NCBI GenBank assembly: GCA_002269645.1
Contig: NIVC01003825.1
Coordinates: forward strand, 1 to 64,000
From: Macrostomum lignano
Taxonomy: Eukaryota
Reading direction: 5' to 3'
DNA: 64,000 nt
Shown: piece after piece, positions 1 to 14,100 of the stretch
Numbering within the stretch: the first letter of the stretch is position 1
How the letters are laid out: every line of letters begins with the position of its first letter
Notes under the pieces: model-generated
The model's database searches: none
What the model was told of the DNA's origin: nothing
Seen by the model: the letters and a program-made list of their open reading frames with translations, nothing else
Program-made: the position numbers and the translations under genes

Positions 1-2992
<2,992 letters not shown>

Positions 2993-3407
2993 GGCTTGGA
3001 AATGTACTTTAAAGTGTCAGAGTTATTTACATGCATGTATCAGATAGACCGACTTTTTGTTCTTTTTTAAGCAAAGGAGAACTGAGCCGAAGTCTGGAGG
3101 GACAGCTGAGCTGAATGAATAGATCGAATAGATCAGATACGTAGATCGTAGATCAGTCAATGGATTGATTGTAGAGATCAGATAGATCAATGTCTGATAG
3201 ATCAGATAGAACGCATTTTTTAGTTTCATTGTTGAATAGTTGTTCCTTCAGACTCTGGTCTAAGAACTTCCTGGCCTTGGAATAAAATGAAACAATTATT
3301 TTTATATTTATTTAAATTCTAACATTTCTACTTTCAGTAGTTCAACAAGTAAGGTGGTCGTGCGCATATCCTGTATGAATCATGTTAGTAGGCAATGATC
3401 AATTGTG

Positions 3408-3935
3408 TCAGTCTTTCTTGGCAGCGACCTGCCGCAGGCAGTCCACGGTCCCGAGTTCGTTCACCGCCGACGCCTGAATGCGGTCCGTCGAGCTCCTCGT
3501 CACTGCAATGCGTGAAATCTGATATTTTCATGCCCGATCTATACTACTGTACAGTAGAAATATAAACATTTTCTCCTAATAAATACGTTTTCCCCATGAA
3601 GGCTTTAACGCACCAGTTGTTCTTAATATTGAGTTGTTTTGTGCTTAAGGCGTGATTTGACGATCTGCTTGACCTGACTGCCTTCTGCTAATCCTTCTAA
3701 GCCTTGCTAATCCTGAGTGCAAAACTGGATTTCAATGCATAGACTGTGCATGCAAAGAATCGAAATTCCAATTTATAATTTGCGAGTGTCATGCTCGCAT
3801 TGTTTGGCACGCCAACTGCGAAGCTGCGGTTTTCTGCAGGTTTTGAAAGCAGTTCTGTTTCTGTGCAGTTCTTTCTGTGTCTGTCTGTCTGTGTGTCTGT
3901 CTGTGACTGTCTATCTGTCTGTCTGTCTGTGTGCC

Positions 3936-3974
<39 letters not shown>

Positions 3975-4001
3975 ATGCCTGTCTGTCTGCCTGTCTGTCT
4001 A

Positions 4002-4034
<33 letters not shown>

Positions 4035-7000
4035 ATGCCTGTCTGTCTGTCTGGCCACAATCCAATCTCTCACCCTCCCCAGTGGTCCTTTGCTCGATCG
4101 CCCTGAGCCGCCGCGTCGCGATGGCTTCCAGCTGCACACGGGCCGCCTGGTGGTCCTCCAGCACCGCCCAGAGGTCGGCGCGGGCCAGGCAGAGCAGCTG
4201 CGAGTAGCCCACAGAGCGCACTGAGGCCGTGCGCCGGCTGCCCATGCGGCCGAGGCTCAGCACGGAGATCTCGCCAAAGTAGCAGCCGGCCCGCAGCGTG
4301 GCCAGGGCGCGGTCGGAGCCGTCTGACATCACCTGCAGCCGGCCCTGGCTCACAATGTACATCTGCCGGCCCACCTCGCCTGCGGCCGGGAGGCGAGAAT
4401 TGATGGCTAGATGGGGCGGTCTCAATCTAATCCCAAATCTCAGCCTTATCTACTAGACAATCACCCTAATTACTAGAATCTCGCCCCATCCTATCCCAAA
4501 TCTCACCCCAGCCTGTACACAATCTCACCCCATCCTGTATAAAATCTCACCCACCTTGTCCAAAATCTCACCCACCGTGCCAAAAATCTCACCCCACCCT
4601 GCTCAAAATCTCACCCTTCCTGCACACGAAATCCCCAGGCGAGAAGAGCACCGGCCGCAGGCGCAGCACCAGGTCGGTGAGGAAGCCCTCCTCGGTGTTG
4701 TGGAACATGTCCACCCGCTTCAGCGTGTCCAGGTGCGCATGGATGGCCAGCTCCGCCTGCAGCTTGTCCGGCAGCGAGGCCAGCGCCGCCGTCTCGTTGC
4801 AGTCCTGAAGGCCCGAGTGGCGCCAGAGATGATCGAACCAGCGAATTACTCGCCGCTGCAGCTGATGAGGCACCCGACGGTTCTCCATGTAGCTCTTGAC
4901 CTGGTCCAGGCGGCCTGCGGGTCGCGACAGGGGGCGGTGCTCAACTATGAGTCCTAAGTTCAGGTTGGATGCCGCAAAACCGATTCTAATCTTAGGTCAG
5001 GCAACTTGCTGATCCTAATCTTAGGTCAGGCAACTTGCTGATCCTAATCTTAGGTCAGGCAACTTACTGATCCTAATCTTAGGTCAAACTTACTGATCCT
5101 AATCTTAGGTCAAACTTACTGATCCTAATCTTGGGACAGGCAACTTACTGATCCTAATCTTAGGTCAGGCAACTTACTGATCCTAATCTTAGGTCAAACT
5201 TACTGATCCTAATCTTAGGTCAAACTTACTGATCCTAATCTTAAGTCAAACTTACTGATCCTAATCTTAGGTCAAACTTACTGATCCTAATCTTGGGACA
5301 GGCAACTTACTGATCCTAACCTTAGGTCAAACGTACTGATCCTAATATTAGGTCAGGCAACTTGCTGATCCTAATCTTGGTCAGGCAACCGACTTACTCT
5401 ACTTGAAACTTGCTGATTCTAATCTTAGGTCAGGCAACTTGCTGATCCTAATCTTAGGTCAGGCAACCGACTTACTCTACTTGAAACTTGCTGATTCTAA
5501 TCTTAGGTCAGGCAACTTGCTGATCCTAATCTTAGGTCAGGCAACCGACTTACTCTACTTGAAACTTGCTGATTCTAATCTTAGGTCAGGCAACTTGCTG
5601 ATCCTAATCTTAGGTCAGGCAACCGACTTACTCTACTTGAAACTTGCTGATTCTAATCTTAGGTCAGGCAACTTGCTGATCCTAATCTTAGGTCAGGCAA
5701 CTTGCTGATCCTAATCTTAGGTCAGGCAACTTGCTGATCCTAATCTTAGGTTAGGAAACTTACTGATCCTAATCTTAGTTCAGGCAACTACTGGTCATAA
5801 TTTTATGAAGGGTTACATGCACTACTAATGGTAACCTACATTTCGGTTGGGCTACACACTAGCCTAATAATCTTGCATCCCCAGAATCGTCCAGATAGCA
5901 GATGCGATTCCGACCTCATGTCGTCTCCAAGGCCTCAGGCACCGCAGCCACATCTGACCCGATTCCAACCTGTCACTCATCCGCAGCAAACCCAAAGATT
6001 TAGTGAATGCCAAAATCAAATAAAATACGAGTTTTTTGCTTCGCGTCTTCCCCGATTTCGCCTCGGCTGTTTGCCCCGACATCAAATATTTGCCCAGGGC
6101 TTGTCTGGGCAGCTGGTCGATTTATCAATACTCTTGTTGTATTGGCGGCGGGCCCAGGGCTGGGTGCCAGGCGAGTTTTTCAAGTATGCAACCATTTCCT
6201 GGCATTGCTAGGCTGGAACTGTTGGGGCACTGCACATGAGTTTATTAGAGGCAGGGGCTGTGGTGCACCCTGGCGCACTTTAAGCCGGCTCCGCTGAGCA
6301 GGCACACAAGCGCGCGATACGTACGCAGTCATACGCACAGGCACACACTCACACAGGAGTGTACAGCGGCCCTAACTTGATTCATCGTTAGGCATGTACA
6401 CTTCTGCACTGTGCCTTGGGGGTTGGCCCTCAAGGCCGTTAATTGCACGAGCAGAGCCAAGCCGAGATTCCAATTTAGCCCCAAATTAATGAGACTGCAC
6501 TTGGAATCGAGCCTGGGCCGCTGGCGCATCAGAGCGCCGCGCCAGACCACTTTAGCTGCTACGGCCCTACTAAGCGAACTGTCTGTATCCGCTGTGTCTG
6601 TGCCAGGACACTGTCTGTACTGGCGTGTCTACATGAGCGTGTACTGCAGAATGAAATCGTACCTGTGAAATACGGAATACGCTCGTACCAGAAATTTTCT
6701 ATAATCGGTGCATCAGTATCGCCGCAATGAGTGTCAGGATTGATTCTAATTAGTGTCAGGGTTGACTATAATTAGTGTCAATTATTGACTACAGATAGTA
6801 GCTATCCTATTGGATCCTATAGGATCAACAAACAGATTAGATGTCGCGACTTTGCAAAACGTGTCACTCCGCCAGCTCACTCTGGAAATCCTGCCGTCCC
6901 CTGTCGCAGTCGGCCAGCATGGCGGTCACGTGACCCAGGACGCTGGCGAAGACCAGCAGGCCCAACACCATCTGCGAGACGGCGAAGGCGCAATCGGTGG

Positions 7001-8600
7001 CGCGTCTGCTGGACAGCGGCAGGTCGGACATCAAAGCCACTGACAGGCAGCTGCGGTAGAGGCTGCTCAAGTACCGCTCGGCGATGGCTGAGCCACCCTC
7101 CGAGCTCTCTGGCGCGGTGGCACCCCACAGCTGCAGCAGGCAGGCGTTGGCGTGGATCAGAAACAGCAGGTGGTGCAGCAGCTTGGCTACTCGGACACAG
7201 TTCGGGTAGCTGGTGTGCCGTTCGAGCCTGTCCAGGAACTGCGCCAGCTTGTACACCTGCGGGGGCGTGTGGAGACTGTATGCGCCTTGAGATCTCTCCC
7301 TTGGAGGCTGTATGCGCCTTGAGATCTCTCCCTTGGAGGCTGTATGCGCCTTGAGATCTCTCCCTTGGAGGCTGTATAAGCACCTTGAGATCTCTCCCTT
7401 GGAGGCTGTATGCGCCTTGAGATCTCTCCCTTGGAGGCTGTATAAGCACCTTGAGATCTCTCCCTTGGAGGCTGTATGCGCCTTGAGATCTCTCCCTTGG
7501 AGGCTGTATGCACCTTTAGATCTCTCCCTTGGAGGCTGTATGCACCTTGAGATCTCTCCTTTGGAGGCTGTTGCACCTTGAGATCTCTCCCTTGGAGGCT
7601 GTTGCACCTTGAGATCTCTCCCTTGGAGGCTGTATGCACCTTGAGATCTCTCCCTTGGAGGCTGTTGCACCTTGAGATCTCTCCCTTGGAGGCTGTATGT
7701 GCCTTGAGATCTCTTCCTTGGAGGTTTTATGTGCCTTGAGATCTCTCCTCTGGAGGTTGTATGCGCCTTGAGATCTCTCCTTTGGAGGCTGTATGCACCT
7801 TGAGATCTCTCCCTTGGAGGCTGTATGTGCCTTGAGATCTCTCCTCTGGAGGTTGTATGCGCCTTGAGATCTCTCCTTTGGAGGCTGTATGCACCTTGAG
7901 ATCTCTCCCTTGGAGGCTGTATGCGCTCTGTATGAGATCTCCCCCCAGGTACATGTATTGCGTATGTAGATGCCATTCACAGTAGTTTAGAGGTTCGTGC
8001 AAGATCTTCGCACAGGTTGAACCAGCTGAAGCAGTTTGCTCGCTGAGAATGTCTATGGCCAAGACGCCCTAAGTCCCGAAGTCCAGCCCTCAAAAACCTA
8101 TCGATATACGCTGCATTGGCATTTATTCATCCACCTTGCACAGCCGCAGGGCCCGGAGCGCCGAGCTGAAGCCCAAGGCCAGGTAGAGGCAGTCCAGGGG
8201 CAGCAGGCTCAAACAGTCGGCGCAGAATCTGCCGCTAGCCAGGTAGCGAGCCCGCATCTTCGCCGGGTTGATCTGCCGCACACCGTCTTCCAGGAAGCCG
8301 GTGCGCAGGGACACGGCAATGTCCGCCAGGTAGACGCAGTCGGCCGCATAGTCCAGCGGCAGCCACACGCGCGCCGTGGCGGCGGTCAACTCGGCAAAGG
8401 CCAGGCGGAACAGCGGCAGCCAGAGGTTATAGAGGACGGCGAAGGACACCGCAGCGGACCAGCAGAACGCGGCCGGACTGTCCGGGTCCACGGCTGCGAA
8501 GCTGCTACGCTGTCTACGGCTGTTGGACCCCAGCTGGTTGCCAGAGGCCGACGGGTTGGGCATTTTCCCGTTTGGATCTCCGAGGATTAAGTGTGAGAAC
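3408..8600 (-). CDS. Cyclic nucleotide-gated channel, CNGA/TAX-4-like (~501 aa from ATG 8563)
   Basis: Exons 8600-8135, 7256-6881, 4914-4615, 4379-4074 and a probable terminal exon 3502-3408; all GT-AG and phase-consistent. Shows S1-S6, C-linker (RRVIRWFDHLW, LPDKLQAELAIHAHLDTLKRV) and CNBD (FSPGDFVCRKGEVGRQMY, YFGEIS, RRTASVRSVGYS). An acceptor at 8601 implies an upstream exon that I did not find. The terminal exon is less certain. Confidence 0.9.
3870..4050. repeat. (TGTC)n microsatellite
   Basis: Lies in the last CNG intron. Confidence 0.95.
4440..4614. repeat. Degenerate ~22-bp repeat containing AATCTCACCC
   Basis: Six AATCTCACCC copies between ~4499 and ~4616; the last copy is the real donor on the minus strand. 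Confidence 0.85.
4985..5785. repeat. Minisatellite GATCCTAATCTTAGGTCA(GGC)AACTT with a 78-bp higher-order unit
   Basis: 24-29-bp units; a 78-bp block repeats about four times at 5390-5700. Confidence 0.95.
6300..6567 (-). mobile_element. tRNA-derived SINE-like element (tRNA-Glu-like head) in a CNG intron
   Basis: Minus strand reads GGGCCGTAGCAGCTAAAGTGGTCTGGCGCGGCGCTCTGATGCGCCAGCGGCCCAGGCTCGATTCC, with A-box-like and B-box-like motifs. The head is shared with 31010 and 60027; the 3' module is shared with 35820-35950. Confidence 0.7.
7275..7935. repeat. 32-bp minisatellite TGTATGCGCCTTGAGATCTCTCCCTTGGAGGC
   Basis: About 20 copies in a CNG intron. Confidence 0.97.
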
Positions 8601-8602
8601 CT

Positions 8603-9075
8603 GCAGTGAAGCTTCACACACGAGTAGAATCTGCCAGTGAAGCTTCAGCCACAAGTAGAATCTGCCAGTGAAGCTTCACACACGAGTAGAATCTGCCAGT
8701 GAAGCTTCACACACGAGTAGAATCTGCCAGTGAAGCTTCACACACGAGTAGAATCTGCCAGTGAAGCTTCACACACGAGTAGAATCTGCCAGTGAAGCTT
8801 CACACACGAGTAGAATCTGCCAGTGAAGCTTCACACACGAGTAGAATCTGCCAGTGAAGCTTCAGCCACAAGTAGAATCTGCCAGTGAAGCTTCAGCCAC
8901 AAGTAGAATCTGCCAGTGAAGCTTCACACACGAGTAGAATCTGCCAGTGAAGCTTCACACACGAGTAGAATCTGCCAGTGAAGCTTCACACACGAGTAGA
9001 ATCTGCCAGTGAAGCTTCACACACGAGTAGAATCTGCCAGTGAAGCTTCAGCCACAGGTAGAATCTGCCAGTGAA
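8603..9075. repeat. 31-bp minisatellite CCAGTGAAGCTTCACACACGAGTAGAATCTG
   Basis: About 15 copies abutting the acceptor at 8601; contains the palindrome GTGAAGCTTCAC. Confidence 0.97.
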
Positions 9076-9639
9076 GCAGCTTTGATGCACAGTAGAAAGC
9101 TAAAGTTCTGTTTTACAGTAGTCAGGCCTGTGCCCTTAAACCAGCACGCCCCGGCAGAAGCTACAAAACTCTGTCAATGGAGTTCTGCCATTGGCCCGGT
9201 CGTCCCCCAGCAGGTACAAGCAGTAGAATTCCAATTTCCTTTAGCAAATCCCTTAGCCAACAGAGGGAAGATTTATTCTTTTAATTCTCAAGTTTCCCTG
9301 CTCAGTTGGTAGAGCAGAAAATAAACAAAAAAACTGCTCAACTGAACTTGAATTCCAGCATTCCTCTCTAGCGAATGAGTCCCCAAAAAACACACAGAGT
9401 AGAGTCGAGCTCAAACACTCGGCAGCAGTTACTGTGTGAACTCTCGTATAAAAATTACTATTCAAATATTTGAGAATGAGCTGGCCCTAGCTGGGCAATT
9501 ATTATAATTGGTCCACAGATTTTCGATGGAATTCTCGAGCCCCTGCAGCAGTCTGCTGGGACTTAAACAGTAAACTACGATAAGAAATCACGCAGGCTAC
9601 ACAGTACGGCAGTGTATGTACAAGCTGATATGCAGACTG

Positions 9640-10050
9640 GCGGGATGGGCCAGGCTGGGACTGAGGGAGACTGGATGGGAGAGGGATGGGAAAGGGAGAG
9701 GGATGGGAAAAGAAAAGTAAAGTGGGGTTATAGAGGAGATAGTAGGGGGTAGGGAGAAAGGTAGGGATGGTATGTAGAAAATAGAGAGGGGAAGTAGAGA
9801 GAGGTAGAGAGAGGAAGAGAGGGGAGTAGAGAGGGAGGTAGAGAGGTAGGGAGGGGTTAGATAAGGAAGCACAAAGGGGTTAGATAGGGAGGTAGGGAGG
9901 GGTAGATAGGGGAGGTGGGGAGGGGTTAGATAGGGGAGGTACATGTAGGGAGAGGTTAGATAGGGGGGTAGGGAGGGGGTAGATAGGGGAGGTGGGGAGG
10001 GGTTAGATAGGGTAGGTGGGGAGGGGTTAGATAGGGTAGGTGGGGAGGGG
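9640..10050. repeat. Purine-rich low-complexity repeat (GGGGTTAGATAGGG-type)
   Basis: G/A-rich degenerate array upstream of the CNG coding exons. Confidence 0.85.
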
Positions 10051-11151
10051 CAGTTAGATGGGGATCTACAAGCCAAGCACAGCAACAAGCAAGCTGTACA
10101 TCGAGCTCACTCAAAGCGAGCTAATTCTAAGCCCTAGCAACAGGTTCAAAATGGCGCGTTGCAGCTAATAGCGTACACGTGAAGAAAAACAAATTTATAA
10201 GTAAAAAGGATCTGAACGAATGAAGGTTAAAAGCAGTGTGAGGTTTTTATAGGAACGGGCTGAAAAAGAAGCAAGCAATAAATTGTAAAAACTAAGCAAA
10301 CACATGGAGTGAAAGAATCGCACTAGCCTACTCACAAATAGCACAGCAATAGTAGTATAATCCAGGTAGGAACAATTCAGTTTAAGCATGTAAGATCTAG
10401 AATTTAAGACAGCGTATTTTGACAGCAGAATGAACGACAGGATTGTAAAAACGGGCTGATAAACAACGCAGACTCTGGGTCTGATAAAACTGCAAATTTA
10501 TTAGTGACGGGCAGCACAAAGTATTGAGATAAAATAAGTTGGACAGAATCCGTCACGAGGTTGTAGAAAAAGAATAGCGAAAATAAACTATATTAAAAAC
10601 GTTCGATATTTTTTTCTGATTCAAAGCAAACTCCATAGCAAGGCAAGACAGCCATGAGCCATGAGGTGAGTCATTGAGTACGCTTATTCTGCGTACTAAC
10701 CGCTGCCAACTAAGCTTAACCTGCAGCGCTGAAGTTAAACATAGTAACGCACGGAATCGAACTCAAGCGCTCATGGGCGTTTCGGTCCCGAATTTGTCAA
10801 AAGTCTTCAGAGTCACCTTTGAGGTTAATTTTGACTCTATTAAGTCTACTCAAGTGAGTAGAAAGTCAAGCGCTAACACAACCACTCTTGGGCGAAATTT
10901 TCGAGACTCTTTTACGATTCTGCAACTCACGTGATGCGCTCGTGACTCAACAGTCGCCTCTCCGTCGCACTGCAATCGTTTGAATCGTTGACAATTCACA
11001 AGCTTTAGCGCCAGAGAGTTGCTAAAGAGTTGTTTGCAATGTCCCAGTAACGTTTTCAACGGTCTACTGCCAGTAGCTAATATCGGTGACAACAATTTTT
11101 ATTAAAAACCGCCAATCAAATTGAAATAAAAAGACCGGTGCACCCAGAACG

Positions 11152-14100
11152 TCACAGGCAGGTCCACTCGGCGCTGCCGCTCCGGCTGCTCGACGCCGTG
11201 GTGGCCGACGCCGCCGCCATCGTCAGGGTCGACGGAGCAGCGTCGTTGAAGTCGATCAGCGCCTTCTCCTGACGACACATGTCGATGGCCTGCCGGATGG
11301 CGGCCACCCAGTGGTCCCGGCCTGGAAGCGGCTGTCCGGCCGCCGCTGCCGCCGCCGCCGCGGAGCCACCGTGGCAGACGCGGTACTTGTAGCTGCTGAA
11401 CTTCAGGCCCGATAAGGAGGCGTGCTGCCTGCCGGCGGCCGACTCTGAGAGGAAATTAAATTAGGGGATTTCCAGTGCTGCTTGAGAATTAATGAGTGGG
11501 ATTAGAGAGCATTCCGAGAAAATTGAGATTTTTTCATTTTAAAATGATTGGAAAAGATTGTGAGATTTTGTGAGAAAGGGATTCTGGGATTTTAATGAAT
11601 TGAATTAGAGATTGGAGATGATGTGAATGGGATTAGAGTTTGGAGATTATGTGAATAGATTAGAGATTGGAGATGATGTGAATGGATTAGAGATGGGAGG
11701 TGATGTGAATAGATTAGAGATTGGAGATGTTGTGAATGGGATTAGAGATTGGAGATTATGTGAATGGGATTAGAGAAAGGAGATGGTGTGAATGGGATTA
11801 GAGATTGGAGATTATGTGAATAGGATTAGAGATGGGAGATGATGTGAATGGGATTAGAGATTGGAGATTATGTGAATAGGATTAGAGATGGGAGATTATG
11901 TGAATGGGATTAGAGATTGGAGATGATGTGAATGGGATTAGAGAAAGGAGATGATGTGAATAGATTAGAGATTGGAGGTGGTGTCAAGGGGATTCGAGGA
12001 TCTCAACAGCAGCCTCAGGCAGCCTCACCGCACTGGTCATCAAAGTTGATCTGGAACGCCAGCCGGTTGCCCCCCTGCGGCAGCTGCAGCTGCCTGCCGC
12101 GGCTGTCCACCTCGCCGACATCGTCAACCAGCGATGCGTTCTCCAGCGACTGCGCGTGCTTCCACGCTTCCTTGTAGTGCCGGCGGCGGTCGCCGCCGCT
12201 GAAGGAGGACGGCAGCAGCAGGCGCTGGCAGGGCGGGTAGAGGCGCAGCTGCGGCCCGGACGCTTCCAGGGTCAGCTCGGCCCAGAAGCGGCGATAACGG
12301 GAGCGGGTCTGCCGCTTGCCCAGCTTAAAAATCGACTTCCGCTCCAGCGGGCCCTGGCACAGCGGCTCCGCCTCCTGCCGCTCCAACGGCGTCGACGGCA
12401 GCAGGCGAATTTCCGGCCGCGGCAGTGGCGGCGCCGGCTGCTGCTGCCGCTGCAACTGCGGGCTGGCCGCCGGGGACGAAAGCGGCGGAGGCGAGGAAGG
12501 CGGAGCAGACAGCGGGCCGGCGGCGCCGCCAGTTGCGACTGGCGCGTTTGACGAGAGACTGGCGTTGCTGCAGTCTGCGGCTGCGGGCAGGATGAGGATG
12601 CGTGGGTCAGCAGTGGGGGTGAATGGCTCAGGATTGGGGATGCGTGGGTCAGGAGTGGGGGTGAATGAGTCAGGATTGGGGATGCGTGGGTCAGGACTGG
12701 GAGTGAGTGGGTCAGGACTGTGGGTGAGTGGGTCAGGACTGGGGGTGAGTGGGTCAGGACTGGGGGTGAGTGGGTCAGGACTGGGGATGAATGGGTCAGG
12801 ACTGGGGAATGAGTGGGTCAGGACTGGGGGTGAGTGGGTCAGGACTGGGGATGAGTGGGTCAGGACTGGGGAATGAGTGGGTCAGGACTGGGGATGAGTG
12901 GGTCAGAAGTGGGTATGAGTGGGTCAGGATTGGGGATGAGTGGGTCAGAAGTGGGGATGCTGGGTCAGGTTATGATAATGACTGGGTCCTAAGTTGCGGG
13001 ATAATTGGGTCAAATGGAAAGAGCCGAAGATGGAGGCATAGTAAAGTCACAGCATGTGCATGTAGTAAGCAAGAACACAGCTGTCACTCACTGGACACGG
13101 GCAGCGAGTCATCGATGAGGTTGCGCAGATGCTCGATGCCGTTTGGGTGACCGGCGCTCATCGGCAGGAAGGCGACGTCTCCAACGCCGGGGCGCTGCCG
13201 GTCGGGCCTCGGAGTTGCGCCCAGGCCGCCACCTGGGGCGCTGATGGCGTGATGGTCATGCAGGGCGGAACTGCGAATGGGGTTGGACGGAATTATGATG
13301 CATAGGCCGACTGATGATCGCGGCGATCTAAGACTGCTCAGAGACACTTCAAGTGAGTAGGGATTCTTATGGAAGTTCAAAGTGCGATTCTGAAGTACAT
13401 TTTAGCGGCGATTCTAAAGTACGTTTCAGGAAAAATTCCTATGGACGTTTCAGAGGCGCTTCTCAAGGTCGTTTCAGAGGCGCTTCTCAAGGTCGTTTCA
13501 GAGGGAGTTCTCAAGAACGTTTCAGAGGGGGTTCTCAAGGTCATTTCAGAGGCGATTCTCAAGGACGTTTCAGAGGGGGTTCTCAAGGACGTTTCAGAGG
13601 GGGTTCTCAAGGTCGTTTCAGAGGCGATTCTCAAGGACGTTTTAGAGGGGTTTTCAAGGACATTTCAGAGGGGTTCTGAAGGTCGTTTTAGAGACAATTC
13701 TCAAGGACGTTTTAGAGGCGCTTCTCAAGGACGTTTTAAAATTCTTAAGAACATTTCAGAGGCGATTTTCAAGTTCGTTTCAGAGAGGGTTCTCAAGGAC
13801 GTTTTAAAGGGGGGTTTTCAAGGACTTTTCAGAGGGGGTTCTCAAGGTCGTTTTAGAGACAATTCTCAAGGACGTTTTAGAGGCGCTTCTCAAGGTCGTT
13901 TCAGAGGCGATTCTCAAGGACGTTTCAGAGGGGGTTCTCAAGGACGTTTCAAAGGCGATTCTCAAGGACGTTTCAGAGGGGGTTCTCAAGGACGTTTCAA
14001 AGGCGGTTCTCAAGGATGTTTCAGAGGGGGTTCTCAAGGTCGTTTTAGAGGGGGTTCTCAAGGCTGGTGATCCTTTCAACCTGATCATAAAAGGTCCCTT

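Noticed and set aside
6485-6567. Functional tRNA genes at 6567, 31010 and 60027
   Set aside because: No 3' acceptor-stem complement and no 7-nt anticodon loop; treated as SINE heads.
8603-9075. CRISPR-like appearance (palindromic ~31-bp repeats)
   Set aside because: No unique spacers, head-to-tail tandem units, eukaryotic intron, and no cas genes. The same applies to the 79-bp array.
13353-14088. RFRGGSQG repeat ORF resembling an RGG/SR RNA-binding protein
   Set aside because: A 24-bp array antisense within a RalGPS intron, with no flanking coding context.
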